Of a stretch of 64,000 bases of DNA, positions 54,492-64,000 are shown in pieces. This DNA is from Schizochytrium sp. TIO01 (lineage: Eukaryota; Protista; Bigyra: Labyrinthulomycetes). A model generated the notes under the pieces. It saw only the letters and a list, made by a program, of their open reading frames with translations. It was not told the origin of the DNA and did not search any database. The stretch lies in contig SMSO01000025.1 in assembly GCA_004764695.1 (NCBI GenBank), forward strand, positions 3,162,001-3,226,000. The letters run 5' to 3'. The translations under genes and the position numbers were made by a program. Every line of letters starts with the position of its first letter. The stretch's first letter is position 1.

Positions 54492-57347
54492 TTATCTGCC
54501 TTGATTCTGCGTAACATAGTGAATAAGTTGTTCAACCTCTTCATGGGATACCCGATGATGCGCAAGAATGCGATTGAGCTGCTCCGGGTCATTTTCATGT
54601 TGCTGGAGCTCCCAAAGGAATTGCTCGGGTGAAATACTCAAGCGACTAACAATAGGAGGTTGGCTTCCGCGTGAAGGAGGGTATGCTTGGTGATGCTGTT
54701 GCTGTTGCTGTTGGGGAGGATTGTGGTATCCACCAGCTTGCTGTTGACGACTAGGTGGGCCTCCAGGAGACATTCTGTTTCCGCCCTGGTACCCTTGGTG
54801 TTGGCCACCTCCTTGCTGATTGTAATCGCGGCGCTGATCATAACGATGGTCTGGCCCACCGTTGTTGCCGTACTGATTGCGATGTTGGTGCTGTTGCTGC
54901 TGCTGTTGTGGCTGGTCACGATCATAGCCAGCACGTCTATTGTTGTTGTTGTGGTTGTTGTTGTGGTTGTTGTTGTGGTTGTTGTTATTATTATTATTAT
55001 TATTGTTGTTGTTGTTGTTGTTGTTGTTGTTATTATTGTTGTTTTGCTGAAGTGGATTCGGTAGATCCTTCACCAAAAGTGCACGTTCCTGATCATAATC
55101 TCCATGAACGATCTGTTTAGCCTTTTGCTGGGATGTTCCGGTTTTCCTATTTTCACCAACCTCCACACGAAAAACAACAAGGTCACCCCGTTCCAACAAT
55201 TGCTTTCCGTTCTTTCCATAACCTTGCAGAATGTCGTAGCGCTGCACGAACAAATCTGGGTAAGAAGGATCATAAGGCTTGATAAAACCATAGCCCTTGC
55301 TTTCATCAAACATCTTCACTACACCTGTGATACGAGGGCCTGGCAAGGTGGCGAGGTCGACTTGGCCATCGCCATTAGTTGAAGGTCCGGCGGTGGAAGC
55401 ATTGTTTGTCGGCGTTGCGCTTGCTGCTGCGCCTGCCCCGGTTGCACTGGGAGCTGGGGCAGCTCCTGTTGCAGTAGTGGTACCGATGCGCATACTTACG
55501 CCAGCCATAGGCCCGTCTGCACCCATATTCTCACGTTGACCAGCCATAGCAGGATCACGTTTCTCGAGTAGACCGCTGCTCATAACACGGACATATGAAT
55601 CCATATCAAAGTCTGCCGTATAGTTTGCTCCATCGTTGAATGTGTAAAAAATCTTTGGAGGTACGCTTGGTGGCACTGCCTGCTGAGCAGCTGCGTCCAA
55701 GCCGATTGCACCATCGAGTCCCGGGATTTCTTTGGTAGCACAGTCCCTGCGAAGTTGCAAGGGAGACAAGGTTTCATCAAAGAATTTCTTACCATAGTTT
55801 AGGACCTGGTCGAATTGAAGTTCGGAGGGATTGCTGGCACGTTTAAGTTCCCCAACCTCATCCCTACTTGCCGCTTCCGATTCTTTTTGTTCAATGAAAC
55901 TCTCATATTCCTGAAAGGTAGGAGGCGCATCGTTCATTTCACGTAAAACATCGAGCTCATCAACACAACGAAGGTATCCTTTGTACAACAAAAGTTCGCC
56001 CATTCCAGGGCGCATCCGGCTCCAAAACTTGGCCGTACGATCTTGGCTACCTGTGCAAAGCAGGTTTCCAGCAGGGCTCCAGTCCATGGTCCAAATAGAT
56101 CCTTCGTGTGCCGCAGGAACTGTTGCTTGGACTTTAACCTCCTTATCAGGTCCGTGCACCAGCCAAAAGAGCATACATCCGTCATAGCCTCCAGAGACTA
56201 GCACTTGCTCATGCTGCGGGTGCCATGCAAGCGAGTATACTTCTGTGTTATGACCTGGGAGCGTGTACAGGCACGGGTCCGCCTTGCGCAACATACGAAT
56301 ATCATACACACGGACCGTCTTATCTCTGCTTGCGGTTGCAAACCAGTTTCCATTGATCGGGTTCCACCTTGCAGCACTGACAGCATTGTTATGTCCTAGC
56401 AGCGTGCAAAGCTCTTTTCCTGATCTCGGATTCCATAGTTTGATTTGCTTATCACGCGATCCAGTTACAACCAGCGACTTAAAGGGATGCCACTGAGCCG
56501 TCTTTACCTCAAAACCATGTCCCCGTAGTACGAGTTCCTCCCTGGCAGTCTCAAAGTCCCACAATTTCACCTGTACGTCGTCCGAGCAGCTAACAAACTT
56601 GAGGTCTGTAGGACTAAAGCTCACTTCGCGGACAGCTCCGTCGTGGCCTGCGATTTCCTGTTGAAGCCTCATCTGCGGGTTCCAGTACTTAATTCCACCG
56701 TCCATGTCTCCTGTAAGCAAATATTCTCCGTTGTGTGTCCAAGTCATCGTCCGCACGACACTCTGACCTCCAATGGTACTATCTGCGATGAAGCCGAAGC
56801 TACTCCAGAGCATAAATTCACCCTTTTGGGAGGCTGTGATGAGCCTTCTGCCATCTGGACTCCACTTGACAGCAAAGATTGGGTACCGAGTTCTGGCTAG
56901 ACTCGTATGACAGTAACGGGAGGTGAGTCCCATTTCGGGTTGGTCTAAATGCTCGCTGGGTGGTAGAACAAAGCGCTTGTAGGCGGGACTTGGCTGGAGA
57001 TACCATCGATCGCGCCAATCGTTTTGGCGCTTGAAGACGCGATCTTCTGTGAGCATTTGTGTGATGCCACAACCAATATCAAGGTATGCACGATCCGAGC
57101 GCATCTGGGGCTCAACAAGCATATTCTCGTCATCGTCCTGGTGATGGTGCTGGTCGTCGTCCATATCCTCGTAGCCGTCGTGGTCGTGGTCGTGGTCGTG
57201 GTCGAAGTCGTCATGACCATCGTCATATTGTCCGTCACGACGGGCTGAGTCGCGCCGACGGTCGCGACGTCGGTCATGGCGGTAGTTGTCGTCCTCTAGA
57301 CCTCCCATGCGGGAGTCACCGTCGTCGTCGTCGCCATGGGGAGCCAT
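54492..57347 (-). CDS. WDR33: Pre-mRNA 3'-end processing factor WDR33/Pfs2/FY-like WD40 protein fused to a cold-shock domain and N/Q-rich tail (951 aa)
   Basis: WSPDGRRLITASQKGEFMLW, VREVSFSPTDLKFVSCSDD, LRGHG.EVK..QWHP.KSLVVTGSRD, NGNWFATASRD, LAWHPQHE.VLVSGGYDG, AHEGSIW, KFWSRMRPG follow WDR33 collinearly. CSD TGVVKMFDESKGYGFI...DLFVQ at ~55107-55334. Confidence 0.88.
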   Translation of the reverse strand: MAPHGDDDDGDSRMGGLEDDNYRHDRRRDRRRDSARRDGQYDDGHDDFDHDHDHDHDGYEDMDDDQHHHQDDDENMLVEPQMRSDRAYLDIGCGITQMLTEDRVFKRQNDWRDRWYLQPSPAYKRFVLPPSEHLDQPEMGLTSRYCHTSLARTRYPIFAVKWSPDGRRLITASQKGEFMLWSSFGFIADSTIGGQSVVRTMTWTHNGEYLLTGDMDGGIKYWNPQMRLQQEIAGHDGAVREVSFSPTDLKFVSCSDDVQVKLWDFETAREELVLRGHGFEVKTAQWHPFKSLVVTGSRDKQIKLWNPRSGKELCTLLGHNNAVSAARWNPINGNWFATASRDKTVRVYDIRMLRKADPCLYTLPGHNTEVYSLAWHPQHEQVLVSGGYDGCMLFWLVHGPDKEVKVQATVPAAHEGSIWTMDWSPAGNLLCTGSQDRTAKFWSRMRPGMGELLLYKGYLRCVDELDVLREMNDAPPTFQEYESFIEQKESEAASRDEVGELKRASNPSELQFDQVLNYGKKFFDETLSPLQLRRDCATKEIPGLDGAIGLDAAAQQAVPPSVPPKIFYTFNDGANYTADFDMDSYVRVMSSGLLEKRDPAMAGQRENMGADGPMAGVSMRIGTTTATGAAPAPSATGAGAAASATPTNNASTAGPSTNGDGQVDLATLPGPRITGVVKMFDESKGYGFIKPYDPSYPDLFVQRYDILQGYGKNGKQLLERGDLVVFRVEVGENRKTGTSQQKAKQIVHGDYDQERALLVKDLPNPLQQNNNNNNNNNNNNNNNNNNNNNNHNNNHNNNHNNNNRRAGYDRDQPQQQQQQHQHRNQYGNNGGPDHRYDQRRDYNQQGGGQHQGYQGGNRMSPGGPPSRQQQAGGYHNPPQQQQQQHHQAYPPSRGSQPPIVSRLSISPEQFLWELQQHENDPEQLNRILAHHRVSHEEVEQLIHYVTQNQGR
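54940..55041 (-). repeat. Coding AAC/AAT/CAC trinucleotide tract encoding poly-Asn with His interruptions
   Basis: ttg/tta runs on the plus strand, inside the WDR33 CDS. Confidence 0.9.
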
Positions 57348-58060
57348 GGCGCGGCACCGGCGGAAACAGAAGAGTTTGGGATATGATATTAAGTGACAAG
57401 TTTTTTATTTTATTTTGCATTTCATTTCTGTATTTATTCTACTATACAATAAATTATACAGACTATAGAATATAGAAATTAAGAGAGTCTCTGAAATCTT
57501 TCTATTAACTATTAGTATCGAGGACAGTTCACTGCGCGCTCACAGTTCGCTCGAGAGCAAAGGCAGTTAGGGCGATCCTAGAAGCCGCTGAGGCTGGGCA
57601 TAGTTTTGAAGAGACAGGGTAGGTGAATGAATAGTGAATATTTCGGTAAAATACACCAAAGAGTTATATTTATTATTGCTATAAGCGTATATTGTATTGG
57701 AGGAGAAGAAGATTGTTGGTACCAAAGAAATACATTTTTGAGGATGCAAGGTTTTTCCCATGACGTTTTCCTCAATATCACCATGAGGCCCAGACGAGGA
57801 TAGAAATGAGAACCTAATGACTTGCAGGATGGAAACAAATAAACAATAACCTTTAGAAAGGAGTGTTTTGCGAAGCATTATCCACCCATTTTTATTCTTT
57901 TATTTAAAAAATCTACCCTATTGTCCAACAAAGAGGTTGCAAGTTAGCATAAATCATCCAATGGAATGCTCAGTATAACAGAGACGTTTGTAGATTAACC
58001 TTTCTCCAACAAAATTAATATAAAATTGACCTTCAAACCTAGATCTATTGTATTAGCAGT

Positions 58061-59134
58061 TTAATGAAGCGGGATATCGAGACCAGTTTCCTTTGCAGTC
58101 CAAGCCCAAAGTTCCTCCGCCAATTCGTCGTCCATACTTTCTTTGCTAGGACCTCCATTCAAAGCGTAGGGGTTAGCATCATGTACCCTAGCTGTCGGCA
58201 TGTAGTATTTGTTTGTGATATTTTGCTGGGCAATTAGAGGCATACCGAGATGAAGTTGGGTTGTGGCTCCTTCAGCAGGTGATAGGCAAAGAGTGTTCGC
58301 AACTAAGCTACCGATCGCAGATACAACATTTTCACTTAGATAATTGGACAATACATCTCCAAGAGCCTGGAAAATTTCGGTCGCAACGAGACCTGGGTGG
58401 CACGAATTCACATAGATTCCTTTATCAAGAACGCGACGGGACAAGGAACGCGCAAAAAGCATGTTGGCGAGCTTTGCACGTCCATACCAGACCATGTAAT
58501 CGTAGTTAGTGGGGTCGTTATGGTTTTCGAGATGGAGGCCCTGGGCAAACTTGTGTCCTGTAGAGCTCACCACCACAACACGAGCGGCGCCAGAGGCCTC
58601 CAACGCAGGTAGCAGCCGTAAAGTCAATGAATAGTGTGCGATATGGTCAACGCCCAATTGCATTTCATAACCGTCTTCGGTTGTCTCAAATTTCATCGGA
58701 ATTGAAGCAGCATTGAGAAAAAGCATATCCAGCTTGTTGTACGTGCTGAGATATTCTTCGCTAAACTTTTGAACTTGCTGTAGGGACGAAAGGTCTAAGG
58801 CATTCTCTGGAACAACAATGTTGTCAAAGTACTTCGCGGGAACCCCTGGCTCCTGTTGGAGTCGCTTTTGCGTAGCTATGGCTTTGGCGTGTGCACGTGT
58901 GCCTAAAACTACCGTAGCACCCTTTTTCAGAAGCTCTAAAGCTGTCGCGTATCCAAGGCCAGAGTTAGCGCCAGTGATAACAGCAATCTGGCCTTCAAGG
59001 TTTGGAATGTCATCCAAGGACCACTCAGGTGTTGGGTACACAGTTCTAATTTTTCCGTCTATGTGGAGCTGGAACATGATGCTCAACACCACTACAATAC
59101 TTGCCACGACCGTGGCCTTGTAGAAAAACCCCAT
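58061..59134 (-). CDS. Signal-anchored short-chain dehydrogenase/reductase (RDH12/WWOX-like), paralog 1 (357 aa)
   Basis: N-terminal hydrophobic anchor, TGANSGLG, LDLSSL, VVVSS, YGRAK, HPGLVAT. Confidence 0.92.
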   Translation of the reverse strand: MGFFYKATVVASIVVVLSIMFQLHIDGKIRTVYPTPEWSLDDIPNLEGQIAVITGANSGLGYATALELLKKGATVVLGTRAHAKAIATQKRLQQEPGVPAKYFDNIVVPENALDLSSLQQVQKFSEEYLSTYNKLDMLFLNAASIPMKFETTEDGYEMQLGVDHIAHYSLTLRLLPALEASGAARVVVVSSTGHKFAQGLHLENHNDPTNYDYMVWYGRAKLANMLFARSLSRRVLDKGIYVNSCHPGLVATEIFQALGDVLSNYLSENVVSAIGSLVANTLCLSPAEGATTQLHLGMPLIAQQNITNKYYMPTARVHDANPYALNGGPSKESMDDELAEELWAWTAKETGLDIPLH

Positions 59135-61574
59135 GGTTAAGCAGTTGTTGTAACTCGTCGGATCCCAGCAGAATGCTTAGCACCCTTTTCCACGTTTTCT
59201 GAAACAGTCAGCGTTAGGCTGAGTGAGGTGAATAGGGTTTTGCGGAAAAAAAATGATGTTGCAAGTCTTCAATTTGCCTGTTGTCCTAATAATGGGAGGG
59301 AGTATTTATTGCTACTACTACTTACTAGTAGCATTATTGCAATGGAATTATACGGATCCTAGGTTTCTAAAAAATTCCTAAATAAAAACTAAACATATAT
59401 AGTGCATATATATATATCTATATATATATAACACCAAACTTTGTGACTGGTAGGGTAGAAAACATCGAATCAGATTAAAATTCATTCCAAAGATGAATTC
59501 AGGGCCTGTTCATTACAAAATTTGCTCGCTAGATCACGAAAATCAAGCTTTAATTTACCTTGCATTCTCTGAATTGTTCGATTGCAACGAACAAAGAAAA
59601 ATCGAAACAGAACAAAGAAGAGGGTCTTAGGAAGGTAAGTAGATGCCTACCTACTGCTTACCAAGTAGGGTGGCCTGAGTGCTTTTTTCTTTTTCTTAAA
59701 ATGTAGCCAAAATAATAGCTCTGATAGGTTGCACGCCCTCGTGCCCCTATACCTACTCATTTTATGTGCTTGAGATAACTTGAACGTATCGACGCGCAGT
59801 CAATTCTCTTTTGGATCCCAAACGTTGTTCTAACTTCAGTTTCTCCCTTCAAACCCTTCAAACAGAAGAACATGAAAGAATCAAGTATGGACAGCTTTTT
59901 ATCTTTGTTCTATACTATGGTCATTGTGCCACGGTGCCATGCACGCCTACAATATTGTTTTCAAAAGAACTAATTCTATGAAGTTGTGGTTTTCGACTTC
60001 ATCAGGCAGGCCAATAGTCGTAGGAAAGCGTGCACGTTTCTCCTGCCTATTCAAGCCTCTTGCAATCAAAGCGAGGATGAAACACGCGATTTTCTTGAAA
60101 ACTACGGCGATGCGGACTGCTCAACAATAACTATTTTATATTTTGGGCATCTCAAATCTGGAAACCCATTTCGCAGATACTGAGCTTTGATAGCCGATAT
60201 AAGGTCTGAGTATCGTGTTAATATAAGATTAAAATTAGTCTACATTAGTGCAATTGCAAATCAACAGACTATCAGCAGAAAGTCAGTTGCAGTTAGACGT
60301 CACATTTTAATTGTATATATGATTTTTGGAAAGATATTAAATAACATCGCAGTATGTAGCTGTACAGAAACCACCTAATAATCAAATACAATTGAAGCAT
60401 CTTTCCACATTTTTCGAATTCTGGTGTCAGTCTTTCCTTCATTTTATATTTTACTTGGCTATTGAACATTAGGATGACGGTATCTAGCCCGAATGTAATG
60501 TTGTAGCCGTTTAGTATTAAGCATCGAAAGCGGGTGATTCAAATCCGAATTGGATAGAGTTTTGCCAAGATTAGAAATAACTTTGCAAAGTAAGTAGAAT
60601 CACTGCATCGGAGGCAGAACAGTTATTTGGCTAGTTGCCGAATCTGAGGGTACCTTCAATATCTGCCCTTAGACATCTGTCGCCATTTCAATGAGGCACG
60701 AAGATGAGCCTGCGGAGAAACGCGGGCATGTAACCATTTTTTTTGGTATAGCAAGATAATCATTTAACATATGAAACCAGCTACCCACGAATGTAAATTG
60801 GCCGTGCATGGCTGTGTTCTAGGTGCCAAGGCCTATTTTTCTTGTTTGTTTTTAAAAACTGCGGCTGAGCTAATATCCCTACTGCACTGCCCGGGTTTCA
60901 CTGCAGCTTCAAACGTGTGGTTATCTATGCTTGGGAAATAGAGAATTTGTTTGCTTCTTTTTTCTTTACTTTTGTAGTGTGGGAAGTTTGCAAACAGCTC
61001 TGAAATCGTGAAACGATGTATTACGAGGAACTCAGAATCCAAGTGTCCTACCTGCCAAAGAGTGGTTTTCTTATTTGGAGGGACTACCGACCCACTGTCT
61101 AAAGGACATGTGTGCAATGTAAGCACGGCTCAGATGTATTCGCAGCTGTTGACAGACTTCGATTCAGCCTCCAGGGTCCAGCAGTAAATGGTAGTAGTTA
61201 GCTAGATAGGTACGTAGGCACTGGAAGTGATTTGCGTCATCACCTTGAGAAGAAAACTAAGTGGGGGATTCAAGTGTCGTAAACAGACATCACTATTGGG
61301 CTGACTGAGGGTAATTGCGACGGATGAAAGAAACACGATCTTCCTGCGGGCACGGAGACTTGCGAAACTATGCCGAGGTTTCCAGAGAACTTGGATATGG
61401 ATGAGAAACCCTGCATTACTTCGAACGATACTGGTAGCAAACTTCTAAGGACGATAGGGACCAAATGAAGAAAGGGTGTCGAAGAAAATCATCTATGTAA
61501 ACCCGAAATAGGACTTGGGTAGGTATCAGTGGCAAGAAGCTGGAGATCGCAACGACAAAGCACTCGTTAGCAAG

Positions 61575-62645
61575 ATGCCGAGCACGAAGGCGTGCTCCAT
61601 ATTTGCTGTGATTGTGGCGCTTTTTTCTGTCATCTTCTTTATCATTTGTGATGGCAAGTCGCGCATGTACTGGCCTCCTCCGCAATGGACAGTTGACGAC
61701 ATACCATCTCTTGAAGGTCAAACTGCATTGGTTACTGGTGCCAACGCTGGTCTCGGATATGCAACATCTCTTGAGCTCTTGAAAAAGGGGTGCGTGGTCA
61801 TCATTGCCACGCGCTCAGCTGCCAAGAATGCTGATACGGCCAAGAGGCTTCAGGCCGAAGCCGACCTGCCTGCTAAATACCACAACAACGTGCTAGCTCC
61901 CAAGGTTGGTCTTGAGCTCAATTCACTGGCATCTGTTGAAGAATTTTCGAACCACCTTCTTGAGGAACACCAGAGCTTGAACATCCTGATCAACAATGCC
62001 GGTATCATGGCAACTCCATTCGGTTTGACCCAGGATGGCTACGAGCAGCAATTTGGCGTAAATCACGTGGGTCACTACGCTTTGACCTTGCGTTTGATGC
62101 CACTGCTAGAGTCTGGCGCACCTTCCCGTGTTGTTGCGGTAGCAAGTATGGGTCACAGTTTTGCCCCAGCAGACTCTTTCGACTTCGACAAACTCAATGA
62201 CAAACAATCGTACGATCCGAATGCCGCATACGGCCGCAGCAAGCTGGCAAACATTCTCTTTGCTCGCTCCCTTGCTCGCCGCGTATATAAGAAGCAGATC
62301 TACGTGAATAGTGCGCACCCTGGTTTGGTTACTACTGAGCTTACTCGTTACGTGAAGGATGATCTGACGGGTTTCTTTAGCAAGGAGACCATTGAATACA
62401 TGCTAAACACATTCTTCAACAGCTTAGCCATGTCACCAAAGGATGGCGCAACTACTCAGTTATTCTTGGCCATGCCTTTCATTTCTGATCGCAACATTAC
62501 TGGCGAATATTACGTCCCAACTGCACGTAGACATGACTCCAATCCACTCGCTCTTAGTATCCCATTGTCTGCGATGGGACAGGATGATGCTCTTGCTGAA
62601 AAGCTTTGGTCCTGGACAGCCAGAGAAACAGGTCTCGACATTTAG
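61575..62645 (+). CDS. Signal-anchored SDR (RDH12/WWOX-like), paralog 2 (~356 aa)
   Basis: First ATG at 61575; TGANAGLG, INNAGIM, FGVNHVGH, YGRSK, HPGLVTT. Confidence 0.92.
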   Translation: MPSTKACSIFAVIVALFSVIFFIICDGKSRMYWPPPQWTVDDIPSLEGQTALVTGANAGLGYATSLELLKKGCVVIIATRSAAKNADTAKRLQAEADLPAKYHNNVLAPKVGLELNSLASVEEFSNHLLEEHQSLNILINNAGIMATPFGLTQDGYEQQFGVNHVGHYALTLRLMPLLESGAPSRVVAVASMGHSFAPADSFDFDKLNDKQSYDPNAAYGRSKLANILFARSLARRVYKKQIYVNSAHPGLVTTELTRYVKDDLTGFFSKETIEYMLNTFFNSLAMSPKDGATTQLFLAMPFISDRNITGEYYVPTARRHDSNPLALSIPLSAMGQDDALAEKLWSWTARETGLDI

Positions 62646-63147
62646 ATGGCGAACGCTTCTCTACTAATGGACTGCGAGACTAGCTTGTTACTACATTTCG
62701 GCTTTGACTCTTGGCTTTTATCTTCACTACAACGAGATTCCGCCTCGATAGAAAATGATTTTTATCTCACTGACTCGAAATTGTCTGCAAGCCAAAATTC
62801 TTCTATTTCTCTACCTTGTATGCGTTGCGAGTACAAAAGGACTACTAAATTCGAATCACTAGTATCAGCATGTGCCGAAATTCCTCGTGCTTCCTATTCG
62901 AAAGAAGTTCCCTGTTCTAATATTTCTCTCATCTTTCCATCTCTCATACATCACATAGAGCGATCGTTAGTGACAAAATATATTAAATGTCACATAGACA
63001 ACGACAGCGCTACAAGATGAATGACAATATTTGTTGCTTCTGGGTAGGATGACAAATGTTTTTAGTCCTTAGCTTATCGACGATTCGAATAATGTCTTCA
63101 AACTCCTAATATTGACATTTAAGGTTTTAGTATATCTCAACTAAAAG

Positions 63148-64000
63148 ATGCCGAGTTGTGCTTCGTGCTCCATCTTTGTTGTGGTCCTGGCCATTCTCGC
63201 CATGGGCCTCTTTAACGTGGTCAGTGACGGCAAGTCACGCATGTACTGGCCACCTCCGCAATGGTCAATCGAGGATATCCCATCCCTCGAGGGCCAAACT
63301 GCTCTAGTTACAGGCGCCAATGTGGGTCTCGGATACGCCAGCTCTCTGGAGCTCCTTAAGAAGGGCTGTGTCGTTATCGTTGCAACTCGATCCCCTGCCA
63401 AGAACGTTGACACCGCCAAAAAGCTCCAGGCAGAGGCCAGCCTCCCTGAAAAGTACCGCAGCAATGTGGTTGCCCCCAAGGTTGGTCTCGAGCTCAACTC
63501 TTTAGCATCTGTTGAGAAGTTTGCTGACAGCATCCTTGAGGACCACAAGAGCCTAAACGTTCTTCTTAACAACGCTGGCATCATGATGACTCCGTATGGT
63601 CTGACCAAGGATGGGTATGAGCAGCAGTTTGGCGTAAACCACGTTGGTCACTACGCATTGACTCTTCGTCTGATGCCTTTGTTGGAGGCTGGTGCGCCAT
63701 CTCGGGTTGTTGCTGTGACAAGTCTTGGTCACCGTTTTGCGTCTTCGGATGCCCTCGATTTTGACAAGTTGAACGACGAAGCATCTTACAGCCCTACAGC
63801 GGCTTATGGGCGTAGCAAGCTTGCAAACATTTTGTTTGCTCGTGCTCTTGCTCGGCGCGTGAATGATAAGCAGATCTATGTGAACGCTGCGCATCCTGGG
63901 TTTGTTGCGACCGAACTTGCTCGGCATGTTAAAGACTCCATGTTCCAATTTCTCAGCAAGGACAATATCGAGTACTTCATGCAGACTCTCACCAATATGG
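63148..64000 (+). CDS. Signal-anchored SDR, paralog 3; partial, runs off the window end (not in ORF track)
   Basis: ATG at 63148: MPSCASCSIFVVVLAILAMGLFNVVSDGKSRMYWPPPQWSIEDIPSLEGQTALVTGANVGLG...LNNAGIM...FGVNHVGH...YGRSKLANILF...HPGFVAT. Open to 64000 and highly similar to paralog 2. Confidence 0.9.
   Translation, partial: MPSCASCSIFVVVLAILAMGLFNVVSDGKSRMYWPPPQWSIEDIPSLEGQTALVTGANVGLGYASSLELLKKGCVVIVATRSPAKNVDTAKKLQAEASLPEKYRSNVVAPKVGLELNSLASVEKFADSILEDHKSLNVLLNNAGIMMTPYGLTKDGYEQQFGVNHVGHYALTLRLMPLLEAGAPSRVVAVTSLGHRFASSDALDFDKLNDEASYSPTAAYGRSKLANILFARALARRVNDKQIYVNAAHPGFVATELARHVKDSMFQFLSKDNIEYFMQTLTNM

Noticed and set aside
43695-64000. Sterol/lipid gene cluster (SSD protein, MFS, SDRs)
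   Set aside because: Interleaved with unrelated housekeeping genes (NMD3, POLI, WDR33); no evidence of functional linkage.

Overview
Eukaryotic, moderately GC-balanced, gene-rich nuclear DNA. Most genes are single-exon, a few have short GT-AG introns, and intergenic DNA is rich in microsatellites and poly-A/T. Gene content and style suggest a heterotrophic stramenopile, possibly a thraustochytrid/labyrinthulomycete (inference only, not tested). Sixteen protein genes are supported: an N-BAR protein; an RBR-like E3 ligase lacking IBR; thymidine phosphorylase; a ~994 aa unknown beta-rich protein; an O-fucosyltransferase-family GT; two convergent, 3-exon, membrane-anchored JmjC dioxygenase paralogs (reconstructed here across introns); an ankyrin-SAM-SWIM-kinase; a Patched/NPC1-like SSD protein; NMD3; DNA polymerase iota; an SVOP-like MFS transporter; WDR33/Pfs2 fused to a cold-shock domain; and three signal-anchored SDR paralogs, the last cut by the window end and absent from the ORF track. 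No rRNA, tRNA, CRISPR or intact transposon was recognised. The best leads are: (1) a WDR33 that appears to have lost its AAUAAA-gripping residues while gaining a cold-shock RNA-binding domain; (2) a cluster of type II lumenal enzymes (two JmjC plus O-FucT) that may be a hydroxylation/glycosylation system; (3) an ANK-SAM-SWIM kinase with tyrosine-kinase-type motifs; (4) a SIM-bearing RING1-RING2 ligase without IBR. All family calls come from motif recognition by eye; no searches were run.
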